Notes: generated from the letters alone by a model not told the origin. A stretch of DNA of 52,847 nucleotides from Acidimicrobiales bacterium (GCA_047638595.1 JBLIMJ010000005.1:1-52847); one strand, 5' to 3'; positions 20,756 through 29,830 are shown, counted from the first letter of the stretch. A program made the numbers and translations.

Positions 20756-21133
20756 ATGTTTAGAAAGTTCTTTTCAGTACTAACGGCCAGTTTTGTTTTG
20801 CTGGCAATGGTGCAAACAGCTAACGCTGCCGGATTGTACGAGGGCCAGTCTTTTTCCGGCGGGTGGAACCTAACATATAATCGCCAGGGTGACATCGATA
20901 TTGGTGACAGTAGCGATGGTACCTTTCTCGATTTGAGGAGTACCTCACGTTATTGTGTGCACAAAGGTGCTGGCTATTCGACCATGAATCGGTACATCAG
21001 GAGCAACTATCCAGACAATGTAAGGTGGTCTGTGGATGAAATTTGCAACGATGGCTATGTCCGAATTTGTGTTAGCGCATCTTGGGGCGCTGTTGCCTGT
21101 TCAACCTACTCTAATCATGGTTGGAAGGATTAA
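20756..21133 (+). CDS. Secreted hypothetical protein with 4 Cys
   Basis: Signal peptide ending ANA, upstream GGAGG, downstream hairpin with T-tract at about 21140-21170. Confidence 0.7.
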   Translation: MFRKFFSVLTASFVLLAMVQTANAAGLYEGQSFSGGWNLTYNRQGDIDIGDSSDGTFLDLRSTSRYCVHKGAGYSTMNRYIRSNYPDNVRWSVDEICNDGYVRICVSASWGAVACSTYSNHGWKD

Positions 21134-21388
21134 GGAACACCCTGGGCGATATATTCGTCCAGGGCTTTTTTGTCGTGTGTAACTTTCCACTAACTAAAAG
21201 CACACCTTCAAGTTACTAATTATTTTGTATCGCTTTGCTCATAAAATACTAAGTACTTGCAGACTCACCTCGCGACTCGTCACCCCAGAGAAGGGTGAAT
21301 CGTACCGCTCATAAAATAAGTAAGTACTCTCGACCCCGACTCGACTCTCTTCTTCTCTCAGCTCAGAAATTCACATGAGCCTCCGTCT

Positions 21389-21784
21389 TTCAAATCCCGA
21401 CATCTCTCACAAACGCAAAAGACCCTGAAAGCGAGAGCTTTCAGGGTCTGCGTTGTGTGGAGAGTAAGGGATTCGAAGCTTACAGCTTCAGTCTGCCTTT
21501 TGGACATATTACTTCGCTTCGCTCGTAATCTGTCACAAAAGCCTTTCGAATCCCTTACTCTCGCGCAAATACAACAAAACCCAAAGACATGCTTTGGGTT
21601 TTGGTATTTGCGGAGAGTAAGGGATTCGAACATTACATGTTCAGTACACCTTTTGGCTATATTATTTCGCAAGCTCATAATCTAGCTCAAAAGCTCTTCG
21701 AATCGTGCAACGCTTTTCTTAAGAAAAGCTGCACCCTTACTCTCCGCATATACAAAAACGCCCCAAAGGGCGTGATTGTATATG
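21389..21784. repeat. Array of alternating direct and inverted copies of the tRNA-Ser(ACU) 3' end separated by hairpin modules
   Basis: GGAGAGTAAGGGATTCGAA at 21459 and 21612; inverse at 21545 and 21697-21747 (interrupted); degenerate inverse at 21389. Confidence 0.9.
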
Positions 21785-21871
21785 CGGAGAGTAAGGGATT
21801 CGAACCCTTGGAACCGTTTAAAGTTCGGCAGTTTAGTAAACTGCTGCTTTCGACCACTCAGCCAACTCTCC
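21785..21871 (-). tRNA. tRNA-Ser(ACU)
   Basis: GGAGAGT/ACTCTCC acceptor, G73, long variable arm, anticodon arm GCAGT-TTACTAA-ACTGC, GGTTCGAATCC T-arm; CCA not encoded. Confidence 0.88.
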
Positions 21872-22110
21872 AATATTCTATTGTCGGGAAGTTGGCTTCG
21901 GGTCGAACAAGTTCGGTCCACTTCCCTGCGGTCGGATGATATGCCTCCCAGGCATATCATCCACTCAAGGTCCAGCGATTTTCTCAATGGGAGAAAAAAT
22001 CGGGACATAAATTCATAATATAGCCTTTGTCTATTTATTCATTCACCAACTCTCCATTTTTCAACCTCAGCAGTATAGCAATTCTGTATGAAAACTAAAG
22101 CTTTGTGTGA

Positions 22111-22429
22111 CGGCGACGAGAGGAATTTTTCTCTCTCTACGAGGGCAGTATAGGTTGTCGATATTTCTTGCGAAATATCTGGCAACCTTTTCGAATCCTC
22201 TCGTCTCTCTCAAACGTAAACATGGCGAATGCATACGCATCCGCCATGTACGTTTGCGGAGACGAGAGGATTCGAACATTACATGTTCAGTCTGCCTTTT
22301 GGACATATCCTACCTTCGGTCGAATCTGTCACAAAAGCCTTTCGAATCGTGCAACGCTTTTCTTAAGAAAAGCTGCACCTCTCGTCTCCGCAATAGAAAA
22401 AACACCCCAGTGGGTGTATTTTCCTATTG
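22111..22429. repeat. Array of alternating direct and inverted copies of the tRNA-Ser(GCU) 3' end separated by hairpin modules
   Basis: GCGGAGACGAGAGGATTCGAA at 22256, degenerate copy at 22111; inverse at 22190 and 22341-22391 (interrupted). Confidence 0.9.
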
Positions 22430-22515
22430 CGGAGACGAGAGGATTCGAACCTCCGGGGGCTTAACACCCCACTTCCTTAGCAAGGAAGCACGATAGACCA
22501 CTCTGACACGTCTCC
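22430..22515 (-). tRNA. tRNA-Ser(GCU)
   Basis: GGAGACG/CGTCTCC acceptor, G73, anticodon arm CTTCC-TTGCTAA-GGAAG, long variable arm. Confidence 0.93.
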
Positions 22516-22638
22516 AGATATTTCACTACTCACTTCGGCCAGTAGAATACCACATTGTGTAATGGAGTTCTACAGTTGACTTATGGTTCATAATTTGAGA
22601 GATTACAAACAGAGAAATTAGTCATACAGGAGGTCCTT

Positions 22639-23163
22639 ATGGACATGACAGAACTTCAAGAACACTGGGCGGGAATACTTGCAGAAGAATACAGCAAGCG
22701 TACTGAATTACAAAAGTATGACATGGACATTCTCATTGAATTTTCCAAAGCAACTGTCCTTGGGGCATGGCCTGAAATTGTCGATCTTCCAGATTGTAAA
22801 GATAATACTCATTGCGTATCGGTCACACCAAACGCAATGACCAATGTACTGAGTTGCATCATCGGATCTGATCCAAATATAAAACAGCACACGGGCAGGG
22901 ATGCAACTGCGCAAACTGGTACTTTTGTAGCCGGTGTATGTGGCGCAGCGATTGGCCATGTAGTTGGCGGAACCTTAATGGGGATTGACCCATTTGGATT
23001 TTCTACCTTTCTTCCAATCGGAGTCTCAGCAATTATTACGCTGTCGCTTCCTGAGCCACTACGTAGTCGTGCAAAAGTACTTATGACTGGTCACAGGGCT
23101 GACAATGGCAAAGAGCTTTTCAAACCAGCTGAGATTCTACTGGTACGTATACCCACCACATAA
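22639..23163 (+). CDS. Hypothetical membrane protein
   Basis: 174 aa, AGGAGG SD, Gly-rich hydrophobic hairpin. Confidence 0.6.
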   Translation: MDMTELQEHWAGILAEEYSKRTELQKYDMDILIEFSKATVLGAWPEIVDLPDCKDNTHCVSVTPNAMTNVLSCIIGSDPNIKQHTGRDATAQTGTFVAGVCGAAIGHVVGGTLMGIDPFGFSTFLPIGVSAIITLSLPEPLRSRAKVLMTGHRADNGKELFKPAEILLVRIPTT

Positions 23164-23430
23164 AAGAGCAACAAGCTCGGCGACCGTCTGGTCTCCGGGC
23201 GTTTCGTTTGTATACCGTACTACAAGTGACTACGTTACATATTTCCCACGGTCTATAAAATTTGTTCTCACTTGATGTTCTTCGTCATCAGCGTCTATAA
23301 AATGCATGGGTAGTGTCTTCCATTAATTCCCATTGAGTGTGACACCTCAAAACGTGCAGTACTCTCATAATATGCATCCAGTGATAGCGCTATAGCTTTT
23401 TCATGCTTTACAGGTTCGCCTTCCATGTTT

Positions 23431-24579
23431 CTATTTAACCACACTTGCAACTTTCTTTGCTAGATCTTTAGTCATAATGCCTGGGATGATTTCTTTTGAT
23501 GTTGGCTTGGCAACTAAACCTGCAATCTTCTTAGCAGCAGCCAACTTCATTGCTTCAGTTATATGAGGAACACTCTTATCCAATGCCCCACGGAAGATTC
23601 CTGGGAAGACCAACGAGTTATTCACCTGATTAGGGTAGTCACTTCGTCCTGTGGCCACTACGGCAGCTCCTGCTTGCAATGCATCTTCTGGTTTAATCTC
23701 TGGAATTGGATTTGCCAGTGCAAAAACAATAGCCTGTGGGGCCATTTTTTCTATGTGGTGCTTTGAGATTGTCCCAGGGCCGGACACACCAATAAGAACA
23801 TCGGCGCCATCAACAGCATCAAGAACCTCTCCTTTTACTTTTTGTAAGTTTGTTATCTTAGCCAATTCAGTTTTGTATGACGTCAAACCTGAGCGTCCTT
23901 CATAAATAATGCCGTTACTATCAGTCACAATGATTTCTTGTATACCTGCCTCAACGAGCAAGAGAGTGACCGCCCTCCCTGCTGCTCCAGCCCCTACAAT
24001 CACCACACGCAACTTAGTAAATTTCTTCCCCACTACTTTTGCTGCGTTAATCAGACCCGCAAGTACCACAATAGCTGTACCGTGTTGATCATCATGAAAA
24101 ACAGGAATATCGAGCTCTGCTTTGAGTCGTTCTTCAATCTCAAAACAACGAGGTGCCGCAATGTCTTCAAGGTTGATTCCTCCAAAGCCTGGGGCAATAG
24201 CTTTTACTATCGAGATGATTTCTTCAGTGTCCTGTGTATCAAGCACAATCGGAAACGCGTCTACCCCTGCCATCTCTTTGAAAATTGCACACTTCCCTTC
24301 CATCACTGGTAATGCCCCAAGTGGACCGATGTTGCCAAGACCAAGTACAGCTGAACCATCTGAAACTACGGCAACGGTATTGCCTTTGATGGTGTACTTC
24401 CGTGCATCTGCTGGGTGTTTTGCTATATGTGAGGATACGGCTGCAACCCCTGGGGTATACATGGTACTCCAGTCGTCTTTAGTCTTTAGCTTTCCTTTAC
24501 TGATTACTTCTAATTTCCCCTGCATTTTTTTATGACTTGTCAGTGCCATTTGATCGTAATCTTTTTTCTTTGTTGTCAT
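23431..24579 (-). CDS. NAD(P)-dependent malic enzyme
   Basis: YTPGVA, DGSAVLGLGNIG, PVMEGK, INLEDI, FHDDQHGT, GAGAAG, NQVNN. Confidence 0.93.
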   Translation of the reverse strand: MTTKKKDYDQMALTSHKKMQGKLEVISKGKLKTKDDWSTMYTPGVAAVSSHIAKHPADARKYTIKGNTVAVVSDGSAVLGLGNIGPLGALPVMEGKCAIFKEMAGVDAFPIVLDTQDTEEIISIVKAIAPGFGGINLEDIAAPRCFEIEERLKAELDIPVFHDDQHGTAIVVLAGLINAAKVVGKKFTKLRVVIVGAGAAGRAVTLLLVEAGIQEIIVTDSNGIIYEGRSGLTSYKTELAKITNLQKVKGEVLDAVDGADVLIGVSGPGTISKHHIEKMAPQAIVFALANPIPEIKPEDALQAGAAVVATGRSDYPNQVNNSLVFPGIFRGALDKSVPHITEAMKLAAAKKIAGLVAKPTSKEIIPGIMTKDLAKKVASVVK

Positions 24580-24805
24580 AAACTGTAGTACGTAGCGATT
24601 TAGTATTTAATACATGTAGTATACGTTACTGCACCAAGCTCAGCAAAAATCACAATAATCCACAGAGTGTGTTAATACCCACTATCCTTTTTAATTAACT
24701 TTGTTTGGAATAATTAGTTTTTACGTATCTTTGTCAGAAAAAGGAGGGGTAAAAGAAAACAGGGAGCGAAAAAAATCGCCCCCTGGTCGGGATAGTATCC
24801 CTTGT

Positions 24806-25471
24806 TTAGTTCAGTACACCTGCTTCTGCAAACGCGTCTTCCAACGCTGTTGTTGTCATTGGTTTTTCCGGTGCTGCCGAAGCAACCAACCTCAAACGTG
24901 GTTGGGCAGGAGGCTTATCCAAAGACTTCTGCGTCACTGTGCGTGCTGTGAGTTTTTTGACGGCCGGTTTTTTGACGGCGGGTTTTTTGGCAGCAGGTTT
25001 CACTGGCGGAACATTTTTCACATCTTCGTGAAGTGAAAGATTGATTCCGCATATACCTTCCTTTCCCTCTGCGACAGTGAAATCGAGGGTTGCACCCTCG
25101 ATAATCTGGCTACGCAGCGACTGAACCACTCCGCCGACATGGATGAACATATCCAGATGATCTTTCACTGTCAGGTGGCAAAAACCTTTCTCAGGCGCAT
25201 ATTTTACAGTACCAGAGGCTTTAGTCCCCACAGCGAGGGCAGTTAAAGGTTTTTTCGTAGGTTTGCCCTTTTTTTTCTGTTCCTCTACTACAACGGACAC
25301 CAGTCGTTGATGCAACGCCTCTGCAGCTTTATAGGCTGGTGTTTCCACCATTGATGGGAAAGATTCAACTGACTCTTCCAATGTCTTTCGTATAACATTT
25401 ATCAGTCCAACATTTTCCACCGTTGCTTGCAGTAGTGTCTGCTTTTTTGTTTCGTTTGTACCATTTGTCAT
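24806..25471 (-). CDS. Divergent cold-shock (OB-fold) domain protein with Lys/Ala/Pro-rich tail
   Basis: GTVK...EKGFCHL...DMFIH...EGATLDFTV..GKEG; KPAAKKPAVKKPAVKK; AAGGAGG SD. Confidence 0.65.
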   Translation of the reverse strand: MTNGTNETKKQTLLQATVENVGLINVIRKTLEESVESFPSMVETPAYKAAEALHQRLVSVVVEEQKKKGKPTKKPLTALAVGTKASGTVKYAPEKGFCHLTVKDHLDMFIHVGGVVQSLRSQIIEGATLDFTVAEGKEGICGINLSLHEDVKNVPPVKPAAKKPAVKKPAVKKLTARTVTQKSLDKPPAQPRLRLVASAAPEKPMTTTALEDAFAEAGVLN

Positions 25472-25582
25472 TTTAGGTCCCTCCTTGGATTATGACATGA
25501 AAATTCTGTTTGCAACAGTACAATATTTAATAGTAATTGTCAATAAACATACCCGAGCCTCTATTTCTGTTATTATGTCTCT

Positions 25583-27889
25583 ATGAAACTCACCGACAAA
25601 CTTGCTGATCATTTCCGTGTTGATGTACCCCATCAGAAGGCATTGAAACGACTGCGTATTGAGACGGTTGAGGAACTCTTGTACCACCTCCCTGCACGGT
25701 ATGAGGATATTTCTGAAGTACAGTCCGTTGGAGGTTTAGTAAAAGACCAAGAAGCGATTGTGTATGGACAACTCTCGGGTCTCAAGAGCCGAAAGGCATG
25801 GAAAAGTAAGCGTCCTATTGCTGAAGGGTTTATTGAAGATGGTTCAGCAAAGATAAAAGTGATGTGGTTTAACCAGCCTTATCTGGCGAAAATGTATGCT
25901 GACGGTATGTATGTAAAAATGGTTGGCAAAGTAACTGGCTCTGAAGGAAAACTATACATCGCAAACCCTGAAGTAGAAAAGCTTGATTCATTACCCATCG
26001 ACCGCCATGATTCCATTTTTAAAGGAACTGATGCTGAGATTAATGACACCCTGTACCCTGTCTATCGTGAGAGTAAAGGAGTAACGAGCAAATGGTTTTA
26101 TCACACAGCACTGAAGTGCTTTGAAAAAAAGGTACTTGAAACACTTACAGACCCCATCCCAAAAGATATTCTTGACCGATACCACTTACCTGAACTTGCT
26201 ACTGCACTGGTATGGGTCCATTCACCGAAAAAAGCTGAGCATGCACAGAGCGCGCGAAAACGCTTTGCATTTGAAGAGGTTTTTTACATCCAAGTTCAAA
26301 AAGCACTTGAGCGTGCGCAGGTGAGTGCCGCTACAACGTATCAGTTCAACACCACTCCTACCCACGTGAAAGAGTTTACCGAACGATTCCCTTTTGAGCT
26401 CACTGCCTCACAAAATAAATCAATCAACGAAATCATTACTGACTTCAATGGCAATCATGCCATGTCTCGTTTACTTGAGGGTGATGTAGGAAGCGGGAAG
26501 ACTGCGGTTGCGGCAACTACTGCGTATGCAGTAGCAACTTCGCGCCCTCCTGAGGGACTCAAAAGTTCTTACGCTAACCTTGAAACTTTGGGAGACGATT
26601 CGAGGCGTGGAGAACGTGACGAAGGAGGCGTGGGTCACCACGATGACAGAGGCACAGAGGCTCCACAACAAAGAAGGGTCCCCAAAGTTTCAAGGTTAGA
26701 CTTTGGCAATCTGCAGGTTGCGTATATGGCACCAACAGAAATTCTCGCAAAACAACACTTTGAAAGTTTCATCGAATACTTCCACCACCTTCCTATTCAA
26801 ATAGGTCTCATTACCGGTTCTGGTTGTATGAAGTACCCAAGCAAGACCGACCCTACTAAACCAACAAAGATAAGTAAGGCCCAGCTTTTAAAGTGGGTTA
26901 AAAATGGCGAGGTGCCAATTGTGATTGGCACACACTCTCTTATATATAAATCGGTAGAGTTTAAACACCTCGCGTACGTCATCATTGACGAGCAACATCG
27001 TTTTGGTACTCGACAACGGTCGGCTCTAGCAAAAAAGGACGAGCGTATGCCTCACTTACTTTCAATGACCGCAACCCCTATCCCCCGCACCTTAGCATTG
27101 ACCATTTATGGGGACCTCGACATCACCTTGCTCGACGAAATGCCGTCTGGTAGAAAACCAATTATCACTGAACTTGTTGGTCCTGGTCAGTCAAAGAAAA
27201 TGTATGACCACGTACGTAGTGAGTTACGTGACGGGAGACAGGCTTATGTCATCTGTCCGCGCATTGAGGAGCCCGACCCTGACAAAGCAACTGCGCTGCG
27301 GTTAAAGAGTGTAACTGCCGAAGCAGAACGTCTGCAGAAAGACGTGTTTCAGGAATTCTCAATCGGTATTCTACACGGGAAAATGAAACCAGCCGAAAAA
27401 GACGCCATGATGCTGAAGTTTACTAACCATGAGATAGACATACTCGTAGCGACCTCTGTGGTAGAAGTGGGGGTAAATGTCCCAAACGCAACTAACATAA
27501 TCATCGAAGGTGCTGAACGTTTTGGTCTTTCTCAGTTACACCAACTTCGTGGGCGCGTGGTACGCAGCAATCATCAAGCATATTGCTTCGCGGTAACTGA
27601 CAGCAAGTCAGAGAAAACACGTGACCGCTTAAAGGCACTTAAAACTGCTAAAAATGGTTTTGAACTTGCCGAGCATGACCTCAACTTCCGTGGAAGTGGA
27701 GAACTCTACGGAGCGAAGCAGTCAGGCCTTACCGACCTCGGTATGGAAGCCATTAAGAACCTCAAGCTTGTGGAAGCGGCACGTGCCGAAGCACGTGCCT
27801 TAGTTGCAGATAGCTCCGACCTTTCCCGTGACTTCCCCTTGATTCACCACAAAGTCACCCAGACACTGGAAAGTTTGCATATGGAGTAA
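25583..27889 (+). CDS. recG: ATP-dependent DNA helicase RecG
   Basis: RLLEGDVGSGKT, APTEILA, DEQHRFG, MTATPIPRT, QLHQLRGRV, RGSGE. Confidence 0.95.
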   Translation: MKLTDKLADHFRVDVPHQKALKRLRIETVEELLYHLPARYEDISEVQSVGGLVKDQEAIVYGQLSGLKSRKAWKSKRPIAEGFIEDGSAKIKVMWFNQPYLAKMYADGMYVKMVGKVTGSEGKLYIANPEVEKLDSLPIDRHDSIFKGTDAEINDTLYPVYRESKGVTSKWFYHTALKCFEKKVLETLTDPIPKDILDRYHLPELATALVWVHSPKKAEHAQSARKRFAFEEVFYIQVQKALERAQVSAATTYQFNTTPTHVKEFTERFPFELTASQNKSINEIITDFNGNHAMSRLLEGDVGSGKTAVAATTAYAVATSRPPEGLKSSYANLETLGDDSRRGERDEGGVGHHDDRGTEAPQQRRVPKVSRLDFGNLQVAYMAPTEILAKQHFESFIEYFHHLPIQIGLITGSGCMKYPSKTDPTKPTKISKAQLLKWVKNGEVPIVIGTHSLIYKSVEFKHLAYVIIDEQHRFGTRQRSALAKKDERMPHLLSMTATPIPRTLALTIYGDLDITLLDEMPSGRKPIITELVGPGQSKKMYDHVRSELRDGRQAYVICPRIEEPDPDKATALRLKSVTAEAERLQKDVFQEFSIGILHGKMKPAEKDAMMLKFTNHEIDILVATSVVEVGVNVPNATNIIIEGAERFGLSQLHQLRGRVVRSNHQAYCFAVTDSKSEKTRDRLKALKTAKNGFELAEHDLNFRGSGELYGAKQSGLTDLGMEAIKNLKLVEAARAEARALVADSSDLSRDFPLIHHKVTQTLESLHME
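26574..26699. mobile_element. 126-bp in-frame palindromic insertion in recG
   Basis: Perfect 19-bp terminal inverted repeat CTAACCTTGAAACTTTGGG / CCCAAAGTTTCAAGGTTAG; exactly 42 codons; lies between helicase motifs I and Ia. Confidence 0.75.
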
Positions 27890-27960
27890 TCTTTATTGAC
27901 GAATAATATTTTTTCTTTATAGTAGGTTACAGAAGTACACTGATTTACCAGGAGGTATGA

Positions 27961-28380
27961 ATGTTACAAGAAAGAACAAGTATAAAACTACGCTCCCATA
28001 TACAGGGCCTGAAAATAACAACGAACTTTGTTTCTCAGAATTATTATTCTGGTCAACCTCATGAGCCCTATTTCGAGAACTGGCATCTTTGGTTCCGTGT
28101 GATACACGATGGGAGTAATCCGTTTCTTCCTTTTGGTGCAAACAAAGGTTGGAAATTCGCGTTTATGCACGCAAAAGTGGAAGACATTCCTCATTTTCTT
28201 CAAGAGGAGACGCCGAAGGATTATATTTTTATCTTGCACCCGCATTCAACACTGAAAGCTGCTGTTGTCACTGACAAATATACAGAAGCTCCCGGGGTAA
28301 CTGTGTTTTTTCGCACCTCAGGATATGACCAATCATCACCATGGTTCAACGAACTGCTCTTTCCTTACCAATGTGCATAA
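27961..28380 (+). CDS. Hypothetical protein (GSNPF motif, paralog 1)
   Basis: AGGAGGT SD; similar to the downstream ORF. Confidence 0.6.
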   Translation: MLQERTSIKLRSHIQGLKITTNFVSQNYYSGQPHEPYFENWHLWFRVIHDGSNPFLPFGANKGWKFAFMHAKVEDIPHFLQEETPKDYIFILHPHSTLKAAVVTDKYTEAPGVTVFFRTSGYDQSSPWFNELLFPYQCA

Positions 28381-28400
28381 GCACCGAAAGGAGGTTATAC

Positions 28401-28811
28401 ATGTTACCAGTCATTCCGCATCACAATAGTGAGGTCGATGGATTTTCCATTGAAATCACCCCCTATGGTGAAAATCCATCAAAGAAAAAAATAGGTATTA
28501 AGTACTTCAGACCAGGTTTTCTAGAAATTCTCGTTATCAATAACGGAAGTAACCCTTTTTGTCCTGAAACCGGATACTGGGAAGCACGAATTCTGACAAT
28601 TAATACCGGTACGCCATTCAATATTGCGGAATCTACAGACTTCCTCGTCATTGAACTTTCACCTGATGAGATACTTCGGTCTATTCTAGTCAGAGAGATG
28701 TACCTAGAGGAGTATGGGCTAGGCGTTTGGATGTTTGTTGTCTACAAATCAATTATCGAAAAAACTTCGCATACAAACATATACCCTATTTGGAACTATG
28801 ACTCTGCTTAG
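28401..28811 (+). CDS. Hypothetical protein (GSNPF motif, paralog 2)
   Basis: AAGGAGGT SD before ATG 28401; followed by hairpin AACCGGCCA-CAT-TGGCCGGTT and T-tract. Confidence 0.6.
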   Translation: MLPVIPHHNSEVDGFSIEITPYGENPSKKKIGIKYFRPGFLEILVINNGSNPFCPETGYWEARILTINTGTPFNIAESTDFLVIELSPDEILRSILVREMYLEEYGLGVWMFVVYKSIIEKTSHTNIYPIWNYDSA

Positions 28812-28895
28812 AATTCTAGTTCCCAACCGGCCACATTGGCCGGTTTTTCTTTTACATACAAAAAGTGGCGGCCAGTGTTGGCCACCACGTTCATC

Positions 28896-29129
28896 TTACT
28901 GCATCCACACAGGGTATGCTCCCTTATCACGAGCTTCATCGAATGCATAGGTATGCGGCCCACACACAATCGCAAGCAACCCTCCAGCAGAATCAACAAC
29001 TGTATAAAACTTTTGGGTATCACCATGCATATGAATTTTTCTTTCTTTTTCACTTATGGAACGTACGAAAACAGTGTGATCTGGAAAATTAACCGGGGGT
29101 ATTAAAGAAGTACCTTTTGCTTTAGTCAT
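28896..29129 (-). CDS. Small hypothetical protein
   Basis: 77 aa, GAGGAGG SD, downstream GC-rich hairpin at about 28865-28888. Confidence 0.45.
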   Translation of the reverse strand: MTKAKGTSLIPPVNFPDHTVFVRSISEKERKIHMHGDTQKFYTVVDSAGGLLAIVCGPHTYAFDEARDKGAYPVWMQ

Positions 29130-29733
29130 CTTCTATTCCTCCTCTGCTTTAGACTTATCTAAGCATCTAAAGATACTGATGGCAAGGTTGTTGTTTTATT
29201 TTCCCTAATATAAAACCGATAAGAACCGAGCGAGAGGTTCTACAGAATAGCTATGACAGAAAAATAATTGTGTGCACATCAATGTAGAAAAAGTACCTGT
29301 GAACACCCATATTGCAACCACAATAAGCAATAAAAAATAGCCGCTCTGAAGCGGCTACAGTTCCATCACACCAGAGTTTTCCTTTATGGTACCGGCGAAT
29401 CATCAGCGTAGCTTGGGATTACTACCTAAGCAGTCACATCAAATATTTAACCAGTAAACACTCTGTCGAGATAACACCTCACTTTCTCAGCGTTTTTGCT
29501 GCTTTGTTACATTGCTCGCTTTAAATACTTGTTTCATGGGGTGTATCTCCTTGATGAAGGGTTAGTAGGCACATTCGTGTGTACCTAATCAGAATATACT
29601 CTAACAAAACAAATCTGTCTACTTAAAACTGACAATAAACTCTTTAACGGAAAACAACAACATGGTCCTATATGCAATTGAGTATGCAGCAATTTCACGG
29701 TATAGTGTTGGACGTTGGCAAAGAATTCTTTGT

Positions 29734-29806
29734 CCGCCTGTAGCTCAGTTGGTAGAGCGCGAAGCTTATACCTTCGTGGTCCTAGGTTCGAGTCCTAGCG
29801 GGCGGA
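29734..29806 (+). tRNA. tRNA-Ile(UAU)
   Basis: CCGCCTG/CGGGCGG acceptor, A73, D-arm AGCTCAGTTGGTAGAGC, anticodon arm CGAAG-CTTATAC-CTTCG, T-arm CTAGG-TTCGAGT-CCTAG. Confidence 0.9.
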
Positions 29807-29830
29807 CAAAGGATTTTTTCTATTGGGGCA

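Noticed and set aside
21389-22449. Prophage or integrative-element att sites
   Set aside because: Copies are only 60-170 bp apart, alternate in orientation and enclose no integrase or cargo genes.
21358-22496. Several overlapping ORFs over the tRNA-Ser loci
   Set aside because: They are translations of tRNA genes and palindromic repeats, with no protein motifs.
29355-29537. SD-led minus-strand reading MKQVFKAS... interrupted by TGA; considered UGA recoding
   Set aside because: TGA terminates bona fide genes here (recQ, the pilin adhesin), so recoding is unsupported; at most an unidentifiable decayed ORF.
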